Shown: positions 1-11,600 of the stretch, in pieces
How the letters are laid out: each line of letters starts with the position of its first letter
Numbering within the stretch: the stretch's first letter is position 1
DNA from: Verrucomicrobiota bacterium
GTDB lineage: Bacteria > Verrucomicrobiota > Verrucomicrobiia > Opitutales > Coraliomargaritaceae
Assembly (NCBI GenBank): GCA_039815375.1
Contig: JBCBZJ010000033.1
Coordinates: 1 to 26,614, forward strand
Length of the DNA: 26,614 nucleotides
Reading direction: 5' to 3'
Translations under genes and position numbers: made by a program
Notes under the pieces: model-generated
What the model was told of the DNA's origin: nothing
Database searches by the model: none
The model's input: the letters and a program-made list of their open reading frames with translations, nothing else

Positions 1-250
1 AGGTTTGTCTTTGTAAGTGCCTTTGAATCAGGCACATTTCTAATACATCGCATTAAAATGTGCTCACCAGAATGGTGTTTTCGAAGTGTTCCGGTTCCGG
101 CCTCGGCCGGACCGGTCTTGTCGCTTCGCTCGGAACTTAGGCGACCAAGCCACATGGCTGCCTATCAGGCCAGCAGTCACGTATGTTTATACGCTCCTTC
201 CGCCTTCAGTTGCCGAGCATCTTGCGCATCCTATGGCATAGATCGGGTCC

Positions 251-282
251 AAAAAAGCCGCACTCCAGAGGAATGCGGCTTT
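251..282 (-). terminator. Intrinsic terminator of nrdBA
   Basis: Minus strand reads AAAGCCGCATTCC-TCT-GGAGTGCGGCTTTTTT, a hairpin plus U-tract about 25 nt after the nrdA stop. Confidence 0.85.
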
Positions 283-308
283 ATCATCCATCCACTCAGC
301 TAGTAAAA

Positions 309-3560
<3,252 letters not shown>

Positions 3561-3658
3561 GTAGGTGTTGTTGTTGGATGCTGCGGCAGGACTGGTGGGT
3601 GTGGCTTAGTGAACGCGGTGCAAAAGGGTTAGCTACACTGCGGGAAAAGAAGGGCGAC

Positions 3659-4741
3659 CTAAAGTTCGTCGTCGTCAACGGAACCCAGCGCAGATGCTTT
3701 TTGGTATTCGGTAACCCGACCTTCGAAAAAGTTTTGCTCTTTCTTGATATCCATCATTTCGGCCAACCATGGAAAGGGGTTGTCAACGCCTTCATTCAGA
3801 GGCGCAAGGCCTACGCCTTCAAGGCGACGGTCGGCGATGTAATCTATATACTGGCAAAACTCGTCGGCGCTAAGGCCCACCGCATTGACCGGCAGGCAGT
3901 CGCGGATGAACTCCTTCTCAAGATCGATTGCTTCCCGCATCATGTCACGGAGCTCTTCGCGGAATTGAGGTGTCCACACATCTTCGTTTTCCTCGATCAG
4001 GTCCATGAGAAGATTACGGAAGACCTCAATATGGTTTGATTCGTCGCGCAGCGTGTAGCGGAACATTTGGCCGATACCAGGAAACTTATTTTGGCGGTAG
4101 AGTGAGAGCACCATGCCAAATAGGCCGTAAAACTGGGTGCCTTCCATGCACTGTCCAAAGAGGAAGAGATTCTTCGCAAAGGCCTGCTTGTCGGCCGTCG
4201 TTTCGAGATCCATGTCGCGGCGAAGCGCGCGGGAGTTGGAGACCACAAACTCGGTCTTCTTTTCGATTGTCGGGATATCCTCGAACATGGCCTCACATTC
4301 GTGAGGATTGATACCTAGAGAGCTGATCATGTAGACCAGAGAATCCGCATGGATATTCTCTTCGTGGGCATGGCGGCCAAGGACCAGCTTGAGCTCTGGA
4401 GCAGTCACAAGCTCGCGAGTCACATGCTGAATATTGTCGCCAACAATACCCTCAGCAGCAGAGAAATAGCCGATCGCCATTTTAATAATCCAGCGCTCCA
4501 CATCAGCAAGATCCGCACTGCGCCAAAGTTCGACATCCTTCTGCATAGGAATGTCCTCCGGTTCCCAGTGGTTGTTCTTCATCGTCTTGTAGAGATCGTA
4601 AGCCCATTGATATTTGAGCGGGAGGATGTTGAAGAACATCGTATCGCGACCATTGATAATTTTTTTCGCCGAGAAAGCTTCTTCTGCTTTGGCTTGGTCG
4701 AGAATAAAGGTTTTATCACCGATTGTGTAGGATTGTTCCAT
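3659..4741 (-). CDS. nrdB: Ribonucleotide reductase beta subunit, class Ic-like (no radical Tyr)
   Basis: Ferritin-like ligands E97, E128xxH131, E200, D233-E234xxH237; C-terminal NFFEGRVTEYQ; directly upstream of nrdA; Leu135 at the class Ia radical-Tyr position. Confidence 0.95.
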   Translation of the reverse strand: MEQSYTIGDKTFILDQAKAEEAFSAKKIINGRDTMFFNILPLKYQWAYDLYKTMKNNHWEPEDIPMQKDVELWRSADLADVERWIIKMAIGYFSAAEGIVGDNIQHVTRELVTAPELKLVLGRHAHEENIHADSLVYMISSLGINPHECEAMFEDIPTIEKKTEFVVSNSRALRRDMDLETTADKQAFAKNLFLFGQCMEGTQFYGLFGMVLSLYRQNKFPGIGQMFRYTLRDESNHIEVFRNLLMDLIEENEDVWTPQFREELRDMMREAIDLEKEFIRDCLPVNAVGLSADEFCQYIDYIADRRLEGVGLAPLNEGVDNPFPWLAEMMDIKKEQNFFEGRVTEYQKASALGSVDDDEL

Positions 4742-4852
4742 AATTGGTTAGCGCCAGTTAATTAGTTTTTATTGTAGAGTCTTGATAGATACCGCAGAGC
4801 GTCCCTGAAAACGGCTCACACAACATCTGAAAGTGTTGGAAAGGAGCGAGAT

Positions 4853-4917
4853 AGTGCATTTTTCGGAGTAATAAGAGCCACATCTCAATTCAAAAGGCTG
4901 TAGACGAAAAATGCACT
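4853..4917. repeat. Perfect 13-bp inverted repeat with 39-bp spacer in the nrdB promoter region
   Basis: AGTGCATTTTTCG (4853-4865) and CGAAAAATGCACT (4905-4917); abuts a minus-strand TTGACA at 4922-4917. Confidence 0.75.
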
Positions 4918-4930
4918 GTCAACATAAGGA

Positions 4931-4977
4931 GCACAAGATATCGGATTTTTTTCATATATCAGCACTATATATAGTAA
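4931..4977 (-). promoter_or_regulatory. Tandem NrdR boxes
   Basis: GCACAAGATATCGGAT (4931-4946) and GCACTATATATAGTAA (4962-4977) fit acaCwAtATaTwGtgt, start 31 bp apart, and lie next to the -35 TTGACA upstream of nrdB. Confidence 0.8.
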
Positions 4978-5239
4978 TTGTGCACATTTTATTAACATTT
5001 TTATGTGAGCAAGTCCGAGACCAGAAGCAAGCGGCTGACGCAATTTTTACAAAAAAAAGGTCGCGCCATTCACCGGCCCGAAAATGCGGAAAAAAACGTA
5101 TTTTTGTCCCTATTTCGTGCGCAACTTTCTTTGCCAAGTGCCGATTCTTACCGTAGACATGAAGATATCTACCAGTAACTGTGCGACAGCCGGATGGCCC
5201 CTACACGTAAATGTCAAAGAGAAAACCTACGCTCCATCT

Positions 5240-5812
5240 ATGCCAGAAGCTAGCGTAACTTCGAAAATCGAAGATATCGACAGCCTTTGCATGCGCTCCA
5301 TCGCAGAGGGCGACCGCGAGGCCTTCCGCAACCTTGTCGAGCGCTGGCAGACCCGTCTCATCAATTTTTTCTACAGGTCGACCGGGAATCGAGCCGATGC
5401 CGAAGATCTCGCTCAGGAAACTTTTATTGAGCTCTACCGAGTAGCGGCACGTTACGAGGCCCGCGGCACTTTCAACGCATTCGTTTTTACTCTAGCGCGT
5501 CGTCGCCTGATCGACAACTACCGCAAAAAATCCCGCCGCCCACTCGACTACATCGATCCAACGGATTTTGTGATGGAGCAACAGGCCGATGAAAACGATT
5601 CGACCAGGGAAATCGAAGAGGCCTTTCACAAAGCCCTTGCCGCTCTGCCGGACAACCAGCGCAATGCAATACTCATGCTACAGCAACAAGGCTTGAGCTA
5701 CGATGAGATCGCAGAAGCCCTCGGTGCCAGCCTCAGTGCTGTCAAAACCTGGATCCACCGGGCCCGCACTCATCTCCGAAACGAGCTCAAGGATTTTCAT
5801 CAGGCAGACTAA
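5240..5812 (+). CDS. ECF (sigma-70 group 4) RNA polymerase sigma factor
   Basis: Region 2 DAEDLAQETFIELYR and region 4 GLSYDEIAEALGASLSAVKTWIHRAR; ATG at 5240 gives a typical ECF length (ORF track extends it to 5084). Confidence 0.9.
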   Translation: MPEASVTSKIEDIDSLCMRSIAEGDREAFRNLVERWQTRLINFFYRSTGNRADAEDLAQETFIELYRVAARYEARGTFNAFVFTLARRRLIDNYRKKSRRPLDYIDPTDFVMEQQADENDSTREIEEAFHKALAALPDNQRNAILMLQQQGLSYDEIAEALGASLSAVKTWIHRARTHLRNELKDFHQAD

Positions 5813-5850
5813 ACCAGCCACTTTCCAATAACTTTTACAACTAATTCAAA

Positions 5851-6447
5851 ATGAAAACAACAGACCCACGCGACCCGCTTGATCGGAAGATTGACGAACT
5901 ACTCGCCAGCCAACCAGTTAAGGCATCCAGCGACTTTGTTGCCCGCACACTTGCCGCCGCCGAAGAGGTTCAGACGGATACACCGCAACAGAAATCCAGC
6001 GGACTTGCACCGCTCATTCGCTTTGCGCTGCCCGCCGCGGCCGCTGTAGCACTCGCCTTCATCCTGATCAGCCAGTTCACTAACACAGCTCAACAAGCAC
6101 CTTCAGAGCTGGCACAGACCGATCCGGTTACAACACCGGAGGACTTAACGACCGAGCCTGCCCAGGCAACTGAGCCGACACTGATTGAGTCTACTCCCAT
6201 TGAGCCCGTTCAAGATGTGGCCTTAGTACAGGTTGAAGTACCAAGTATGATCAAATATGTGGCATCCGAGGAGGCGCAACCAACAATGGCCGCATCTTCT
6301 ATTCTAACAGAGGATGAGCTCAGCGATACGGAAATACAGGAACTACTTTTGCTGCAGGAAGGCCTATCCGGCTTTGCCGATCTGGACACCGAAGACCTGA
6401 GCAACGATAGCTTGCTCGAATCACTCGATATCATCTACTCTATATAA
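5851..6447 (+). CDS. Probable single-pass membrane anti-sigma factor
   Basis: Directly follows the ECF gene; short cytoplasmic N-terminus (DFVARTL), one hydrophobic helix (FALPAAAAVALAFILI), acidic low-complexity C-terminus. Confidence 0.65.
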   Translation: MKTTDPRDPLDRKIDELLASQPVKASSDFVARTLAAAEEVQTDTPQQKSSGLAPLIRFALPAAAAVALAFILISQFTNTAQQAPSELAQTDPVTTPEDLTTEPAQATEPTLIESTPIEPVQDVALVQVEVPSMIKYVASEEAQPTMAASSILTEDELSDTEIQELLLLQEGLSGFADLDTEDLSNDSLLESLDIIYSI

Positions 6448-6454
6448 AAAGACG

Positions 6455-6967
6455 ATGATGCGCATACTTCATACACGGGGCCTTTTACTGGGCACACTAG
6501 CCTGTCTCATCGTCGGCGTAGTCCATGCCAAGCCAAAGACTCCAGGTGAGCATGAGTCACGCATGCTGATGCACTTACTAGCGATGGATGATGCGGAACT
6601 TGCCAAAGTGCGCGAAACCGTCACGCGTATCGAAAACATGAGTGAAGAGGAAAGGGCAACTCTTCGTCGACGACTGCAAACACTTCAGGAATTGACCCCG
6701 GAGCGACGAGCAGCCATTCGCAATCGCTACGAGGCAATCCCGAAGAAGGAACGCGATGCCATGCGCAAGCAATGGTTCAGCATGACACCAGAGGAAAGGC
6801 GCAACTGGCGTGAAAAACTCAGCAATATGTCCGAGGAGAAGAGAGCAGAAACCTTACGGGAGGAGGGCTTTTTACCACCTCCAACAAAGCGCAACCAGAT
6901 GGATTCGATGCGTGGCGAAGCAGATGGTATCCAAGAGCGTCGAGGGCCCCCTCCACCCCTTAGATAA
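6455..6967 (+). CDS. Exported helical repeat protein (DUF3106-like)
   Basis: Signal peptide ending VVHA; repeated M/L-S/T-P/E-E-E/R-R helical units; usual third gene of ECF/anti-sigma operons. Confidence 0.65.
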   Translation: MMRILHTRGLLLGTLACLIVGVVHAKPKTPGEHESRMLMHLLAMDDAELAKVRETVTRIENMSEEERATLRRRLQTLQELTPERRAAIRNRYEAIPKKERDAMRKQWFSMTPEERRNWREKLSNMSEEKRAETLREEGFLPPPTKRNQMDSMRGEADGIQERRGPPPPLR

Positions 6968-7069
6968 TACTTGAGTTGTGATAAAAAAATCCCCGAACCC
7001 TAGCTTGACAGTCCGAAAGTCGCTCGCAGTATCGCGCACTCTGTTGTTGCAGCATGCAATGACTCACCT

Positions 7070-7142
<73 letters not shown>

Positions 7143-7158
7143 GGGTAAATTTCAGGAC

Positions 7159-7234
<76 letters not shown>

Positions 7235-7238
7235 TTTT

Positions 7239-7268
7239 AATCCCGCAGAGAAGATCGCGGGATTTTTT
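7239..7268 (+). terminator. Intrinsic terminator after the tRNA pair
   Basis: AATCCCGC-10 nt loop-GCGGGATT followed by a T run. Confidence 0.8.
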
Positions 7269-7324
7269 GTGCCCCACTGGCTACATTCTCAGCTGAAATG
7301 AAAATGCCCTGAGCGTTTCAGGGA

Positions 7325-7493
7325 TGTAACGTGCTCCCCCAAATTAGTCCCATATTGAATGCGAGTTCTGATCGATTAAAACCGAATGGAACTATGGCAA
7401 AGCGAAAGCACCACACCGACGAGGAGATTAACTGACGAAACCGGACAAACTGACCCCTTGGGGCGCTTTAACACTTTTTTACGGGGGCGCTAC
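7325..7493 (+). mobile_element. Internally deleted IS3-family-like relic
   Basis: TG-starting left end TGTAACGTGCTCCCCCAAATTAGTCC, mini-ORF MAKRKHHTDEEIN* (7394-7435) resembling an IS3 OrfA N-terminus, and imperfect inverted right end ACTTTTTACGGGGGCGCTAC. Confidence 0.5.
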
Positions 7494-7532
7494 CGCCTCC
7501 GTTCTTTGGACTTTAAAAAGCGAAGACTACTT

Positions 7533-9059
7533 CTATTGCCGGCGATTCCTCAGAACCCAACCGAGCGCAAGCACACCAATGATCAGACTGTAAGACGAGA
7601 CCTCCGGAATCACCTCCAGCGTGAGAATTGAACCTGTATCACTGAAGTTCCATCTAAGCTCGCCATCAAGAGTCGGTAGAGTGAAGGTGTTAAAATCCCC
7701 ATTGATACCTGCCGCAGCGGCGATAATTGTGAAGGTATCTCCTTCAATGGGCGTAAAGTCGTCGATCAGTTCGATCTCCAGCTCGCCATCCAAGGTCACG
7801 CTTCCAGCGACGTCGAGGAAGTCATAGTCCGTGCCCTGTGTCAGACCGCCAATCTCAATCAAAAGAGTCGAGTTTTCATCCATCGTGTAATCGCCCCCAA
7901 TCGTCGTGGTCGCCGGAGACTGACCCGGGCTAAAAACGCCTCCCGTCTGGACAAGGCTTCCTGCCAAGTTGTCTGTCTTCAAAGTGCCATCTTCAATCGT
8001 GGTGTCTCCGGTAAAGCTGTTGGTGCCCGAGAGCGTGATCGTACCGGAACCCGTCTTGAGTAGTGAACCTGCGCCGCTGGTGTGGTCCTCAATGGTTCCC
8101 TGGAAAGTCGAATCATCGCTGTTACCGACAGTCAGGGCGGTGCCACCGCTGGCATCACTGATCGCAATGGTGCCTGTCTGCGTCGATGAAGAACCGCCAA
8201 ACTCTTCAATGATCAACTGAGCCCGATCCGCCGTGGTCGTTCCTCCACTGGTCTGTGATAATCGATCTGTGAAGGTGAGGGTTGCCCCATCCTCGACGGT
8301 CAAGTCTCCACTGTTTGAGATGTCGTCAATTTCCGCCACTGTCGAAGCACCGGTAACCAAAATCGAACCAGAGTTTTCGAGATCCCGAATACGTAAAGCG
8401 CTCGTGGTGTTTTGAAGGGTCAATTGTGCACTGCTATTGACAGAAAATTCAAAGAATGAGCCACTCGCCCCATCGAAAATCAATTCCCCGCTGCCCTTTA
8501 CAGTCAGTTCCAATAAGCTGTGACCGGAACCAGTCAGGGTTAAGGTGCCTGATCCTACTTTATCTAAGCCACCAAAGGAGTCATGAGAGATTGTACCTGA
8601 AAAGCTGCTATCCGTATTATCGCTCCCGACTTCAGCTATGTTATCTCCAACATCGAAACTACCGCTGCCCGCCAAAGAACCGATCTTGAAAGTGTTGAAA
8701 CTGTCTTCATCCAAGAGGAGCGACGCATCAGATTCGATGGTTACTGCACTGTCGCTCAACGCGCTTTCAGCCCCCTCGTCCAATTTGAGTTGACCTTCGC
8801 TGATCGTCGTCGTCCCAGTGTAAGTATTTGCTGCGGAAAAAGTGAGTATTCCCGTGCCCGTCTTAATCACGCCGCCGTCACCCGAAACGATACCGCTTTG
8901 GGTTGCAGACCCTAAGCTGATCTCAAGCGTCGTCGGATCATTGGGTGCCGAGGTATCAATGGTGGTCGTGCGGTTCTCACCGTCTGTATAATTGATCGTC
9001 GTTTGCGCGACGCAGAGTGCAGGGATGGTGAGAATAGAGAGGAATGAAATTATTTTCAT
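7533..9059 (-). CDS. Secreted autotransporter-associated beta-strand repeat protein with PEP-CTERM-like anchor
   Basis: Signal peptide; passenger-associated repeats (KTGTGILTFSAANTYTGTTTI, KVGSGTLTLTG, KTGSGTITLSGTNSFTGDTTI); C-terminal IPEVSS + hydrophobic helix + RNRR. Confidence 0.88.
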   Translation of the reverse strand: MKIISFLSILTIPALCVAQTTINYTDGENRTTTIDTSAPNDPTTLEISLGSATQSGIVSGDGGVIKTGTGILTFSAANTYTGTTTISEGQLKLDEGAESALSDSAVTIESDASLLLDEDSFNTFKIGSLAGSGSFDVGDNIAEVGSDNTDSSFSGTISHDSFGGLDKVGSGTLTLTGSGHSLLELTVKGSGELIFDGASGSFFEFSVNSSAQLTLQNTTSALRIRDLENSGSILVTGASTVAEIDDISNSGDLTVEDGATLTFTDRLSQTSGGTTTADRAQLIIEEFGGSSSTQTGTIAISDASGGTALTVGNSDDSTFQGTIEDHTSGAGSLLKTGSGTITLSGTNSFTGDTTIEDGTLKTDNLAGSLVQTGGVFSPGQSPATTTIGGDYTMDENSTLLIEIGGLTQGTDYDFLDVAGSVTLDGELEIELIDDFTPIEGDTFTIIAAAAGINGDFNTFTLPTLDGELRWNFSDTGSILTLEVIPEVSSYSLIIGVLALGWVLRNRRQ

Positions 9060-9126
9060 AGCTTCCTGAGATTTGGCCAGCTGGTTGAATTAAAATTCTT
9101 GGATGTCAGCCCGTAGTTAGCACACG

Positions 9127-9148
9127 AAGATGAGATGAAGATGAAATC
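9127..9148 (-). promoter_or_regulatory. Putative OmpR-family binding site (copy 1)
   Basis: AAGATGAGATGAAGATGAAATC, with AAGATGA repeated at an 11-bp period, 68 bp upstream of the 508-aa gene; 21/22 identical to 9910-9931. Confidence 0.65.
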
Positions 9149-9156
9149 TGCGAAAC

Positions 9157-9852
9157 TCATCGAGCCCGAGACTCGGATCGGGCTGCTTCGATCCGGTTTC
9201 GCTTTGCGACCAATCCTAGAGAAACGAGTCCAAGGAACAAAGCGGAGGATGGCTCTGGAATCGCACTGAAATTCAAGGTGAGCCCATCCAGATCTGAACT
9301 CGTTGCCGTTATGGAATCACCAGCGTTCAGGATCAGATTCGCGGGGTCCACCGCGTTGTTCGAGAAGTCGGAGATATCAAAACCCGTGAACTGAACAGTA
9401 TAATCGGTAAAGCTCACGGTATTGCCCGAAACGAATGAGTGAGATCCGCTTTCCCCAACTCCACCGAGGGTTCCGAGTGTCCATGCAAAGTCGTCTCTGA
9501 AACCCGAACCATCATTATCAATGAACAATCCGAGTGGGCGAAAATCAGCTCCAGTCCCATCATCAGTCGAACCGGAGAGGTAGGTGCCTTCATAAGCCTG
9601 AGCATTCAGCGCATCCGTAAGATCCAGTCCTCCCGACCCCGATGTAGAACCGTCATAAGAATTGACGTTGGTGCCAAATGCAGTGCTGCCGAGAAAGGTG
9701 TTGCTCAAAACAGTCGATGTGCCGTTCCAAACCCATGTCGTTTCATTTGATCCGATCTCGCCGCTGATAGCGACTGTGATCTGTCCATGCAAACATCCTG
9801 AGAATGGTCCAAATGCGATGAGTGAAAAAGTCATTGTCCGTGCTATATTCAT
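9157..9852 (-). CDS. PEP-CTERM sorting-domain surface protein
   Basis: Signal peptide, G/S/T/D-rich body, C-terminal IPEPSSALFLGLVSLGLVAKRNR. Confidence 0.88.
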   Translation of the reverse strand: MNIARTMTFSLIAFGPFSGCLHGQITVAISGEIGSNETTWVWNGTSTVLSNTFLGSTAFGTNVNSYDGSTSGSGGLDLTDALNAQAYEGTYLSGSTDDGTGADFRPLGLFIDNDGSGFRDDFAWTLGTLGGVGESGSHSFVSGNTVSFTDYTVQFTGFDISDFSNNAVDPANLILNAGDSITATSSDLDGLTLNFSAIPEPSSALFLGLVSLGLVAKRNRIEAARSESRAR

Positions 9853-9909
9853 TCTAAGTCCTGATTTTTTTGGAGTTTTGGTTATACGATGCGCTCAAGG
9901 TCTCACAGA

Positions 9910-9931
9910 AAGATGAGCTGAAGATGAAATC
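9910..9931 (-). promoter_or_regulatory. Putative OmpR-family binding site (copy 2)
   Basis: AAGATGAGCTGAAGATGAAATC, 58 bp upstream of the PEP-CTERM gene, same orientation as copy 1. Confidence 0.65.
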
Positions 9932-9958
9932 GCCGAAAAAACCCAACTATCCCGCAAC

Positions 9959-10132
9959 CCCCGGAACTAAGTTCCGAGGCTGCGCTGCTGTGGCCTCGAT
10001 TCTCAGAATCGGGGAGCGTTTTACTTGAAGAATACGGGGACCCCGGAACCGAATTCCGAGGCTACACTGCCCGAAACCCCGGAGCTGAGTTCCGAGGCTG
10101 CGCTACAGCGGCTTGGATTCTCGGAATCGGGT
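9959..10132. repeat. Cluster of five 25-bp REP-like palindromes (GTAG-type, BIME-like)
   Basis: Type A on minus strand, GYAGCCTCGGAA-n5-YTCCGGGG, at 9959-9983, 10041-10065 and 10077-10101; type B on plus strand, GYGGCYTSGATTCTCRGAATCGGG, at 9990-10014 and 10108-10132. Confidence 0.8.
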
Positions 10133-10148
10133 TAAACGTGCGAAGCAG

Positions 10149-11600
10149 CTATTCTACCGGAAGCCGAATCAAGAATTGGCTCCCCTGACTCAGCTTACTT
10201 TCGACCTCAATCGTTCCCTTGTGGGCATTAATGATCGTCTTCGAAATAGCCAAACCCAGCCCAGAACCGCCTGTCTTACGGTTCCGCGACGAATCCACCC
10301 GATAAAAGCGGTCAAAGATGTGCGGCAAGGCATCTTCAGGAATGCCCTCCCCTTCATCGCTGACTTCGATCTCAAGATACGCGTCAGTCAGAGCGGTTCG
10401 CAGCGTAATCTTTTTTCCAGCAGGCGTGTGCCGGACGGAATTATTGAGCAAATTAACCAAAACCTGCCATAAGCGGTCACTGTTTCCAGTTATCGTCGCA
10501 TCAGCGATCTCCACCTGCAGGATGACCTCTTTTTCAGAAGCAACGGGCTCAATCAATTCTATGGCCTCCTCCGCAACGTCACGGATGGCGCATTCAGAAA
10601 ATTCGAACTCGACCTCACCGCTTTCCAATCGTGCTAGTTCCAGCAAATCATTCGTCAGATTCTTCATCCGAATACCCGCACGCCGACAGGCTTGAATCGC
10701 CTCCTGCACCTCCTCGGGACTCCGGTCCTTTTCCAAGGCAATTTGGCAATACCCAAGAATCACCGAGATTGGCGTGCGCAGCTCGTGAGATGCCTCGGAA
10801 GTAAAGCGCTTCTGCCGTTCGAACATCGCTTCGAAGCGGCTAAACATTTGATTCAGGTTTTCCGACAGCTCGCCGATCTCATCGTCCCGCTGGGAATCTT
10901 CCGAGATCCGGCTGCCCAGTTCTCCCGCGCCCACTTTTGCGGCCGCATCACGTATGGCTTGGATCGGCCGCAGGGAACAGCCAATCAAAAACCAGCCAAG
11001 CGCCGTTGCCACCGCAAGGACCGCTATGCTGGAAACAACGACGCCGAACTGACGACTCCATACCCCTTCCGCAAAGGAGGATTTGGAATACCCAATAACC
11101 AACACGGCACCCCATGGTTCCCGATGAAGGAGTAGGCGGTAGTCACCGGCGTCGCGCAGGATGTTTCCGCTTCGGGGCTCGGTCGGCACCTCGAACTCAA
11201 GATCATTTGGAAAATTTCGCGACAAGCGGCGCGGCTCCCCGTCGAAACTATATCCACCGAAAAACCAGTCGTCCGCCAAAAGCTCATCCAACTCTTCTGT
11301 CGGGGGCGGTGGCGGCCCACCCAATTTGCCCATACTCCCGGGTCCCCGCGATCGAAAACGACCTTCCCCTTCGTCCAACGCCTCGAATTGTCTCCACTGA
11401 CTCGGGTCGGCCGGCTCGGCATTGCGCAGTGACGGAATCACGTCGTGACGCGCCTCCCGCAAAATACTATCGTTCGCAGTGCGCTCGCTTTCGCGGATGT
11501 AATGAATTGCGAGAGCTGTCGTCGTGGCCAACGCGACCAACAGCAGCAGAGCGTAGTAGCTCTGTAGTTTCCACCGAAGCGAGCGAAAGCCAATCATCAC
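10149..11600 (-). CDS. HAMP-domain sensor histidine kinase (OmpR-partner type)
   Basis: Two transmembrane helices, HAMP, H-box ASHELRTP, N-box NLLNNSVRH, G-boxes DEGEGI and GSGLGL. Confidence 0.95.
   Translation of the reverse strand: MMIGFRSLRWKLQSYYALLLLVALATTTALAIHYIRESERTANDSILREARHDVIPSLRNAEPADPSQWRQFEALDEGEGRFRSRGPGSMGKLGGPPPPPTEELDELLADDWFFGGYSFDGEPRRLSRNFPNDLEFEVPTEPRSGNILRDAGDYRLLLHREPWGAVLVIGYSKSSFAEGVWSRQFGVVVSSIAVLAVATALGWFLIGCSLRPIQAIRDAAAKVGAGELGSRISEDSQRDDEIGELSENLNQMFSRFEAMFERQKRFTSEASHELRTPISVILGYCQIALEKDRSPEEVQEAIQACRRAGIRMKNLTNDLLELARLESGEVEFEFSECAIRDVAEEAIELIEPVASEKEVILQVEIADATITGNSDRLWQVLVNLLNNSVRHTPAGKKITLRTALTDAYLEIEVSDEGEGIPEDALPHIFDRFYRVDSSRNRKTGGSGLGLAISKTIINAHKGTIEVESKLSQGSQFLIRLPVE

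Noticed and set aside
58..303. 81-aa ORF and several short hairpins downstream of nrdA
   Set aside because: The ORF crosses the nrdA terminator and is not protein-like; the hairpins match no RNA family I can recognise and the left context is cut off
5084..5239. 52-aa N-terminal extension of the ECF sigma factor
   Set aside because: The extension is not protein-like and covers the likely promoter; ATG 5240 gives a normal ECF length
9959..10132. Possible CRISPR array
   Set aside because: Repeats occur in both orientations with irregular 6-26 bp gaps and no cas genes; better explained as REP elements
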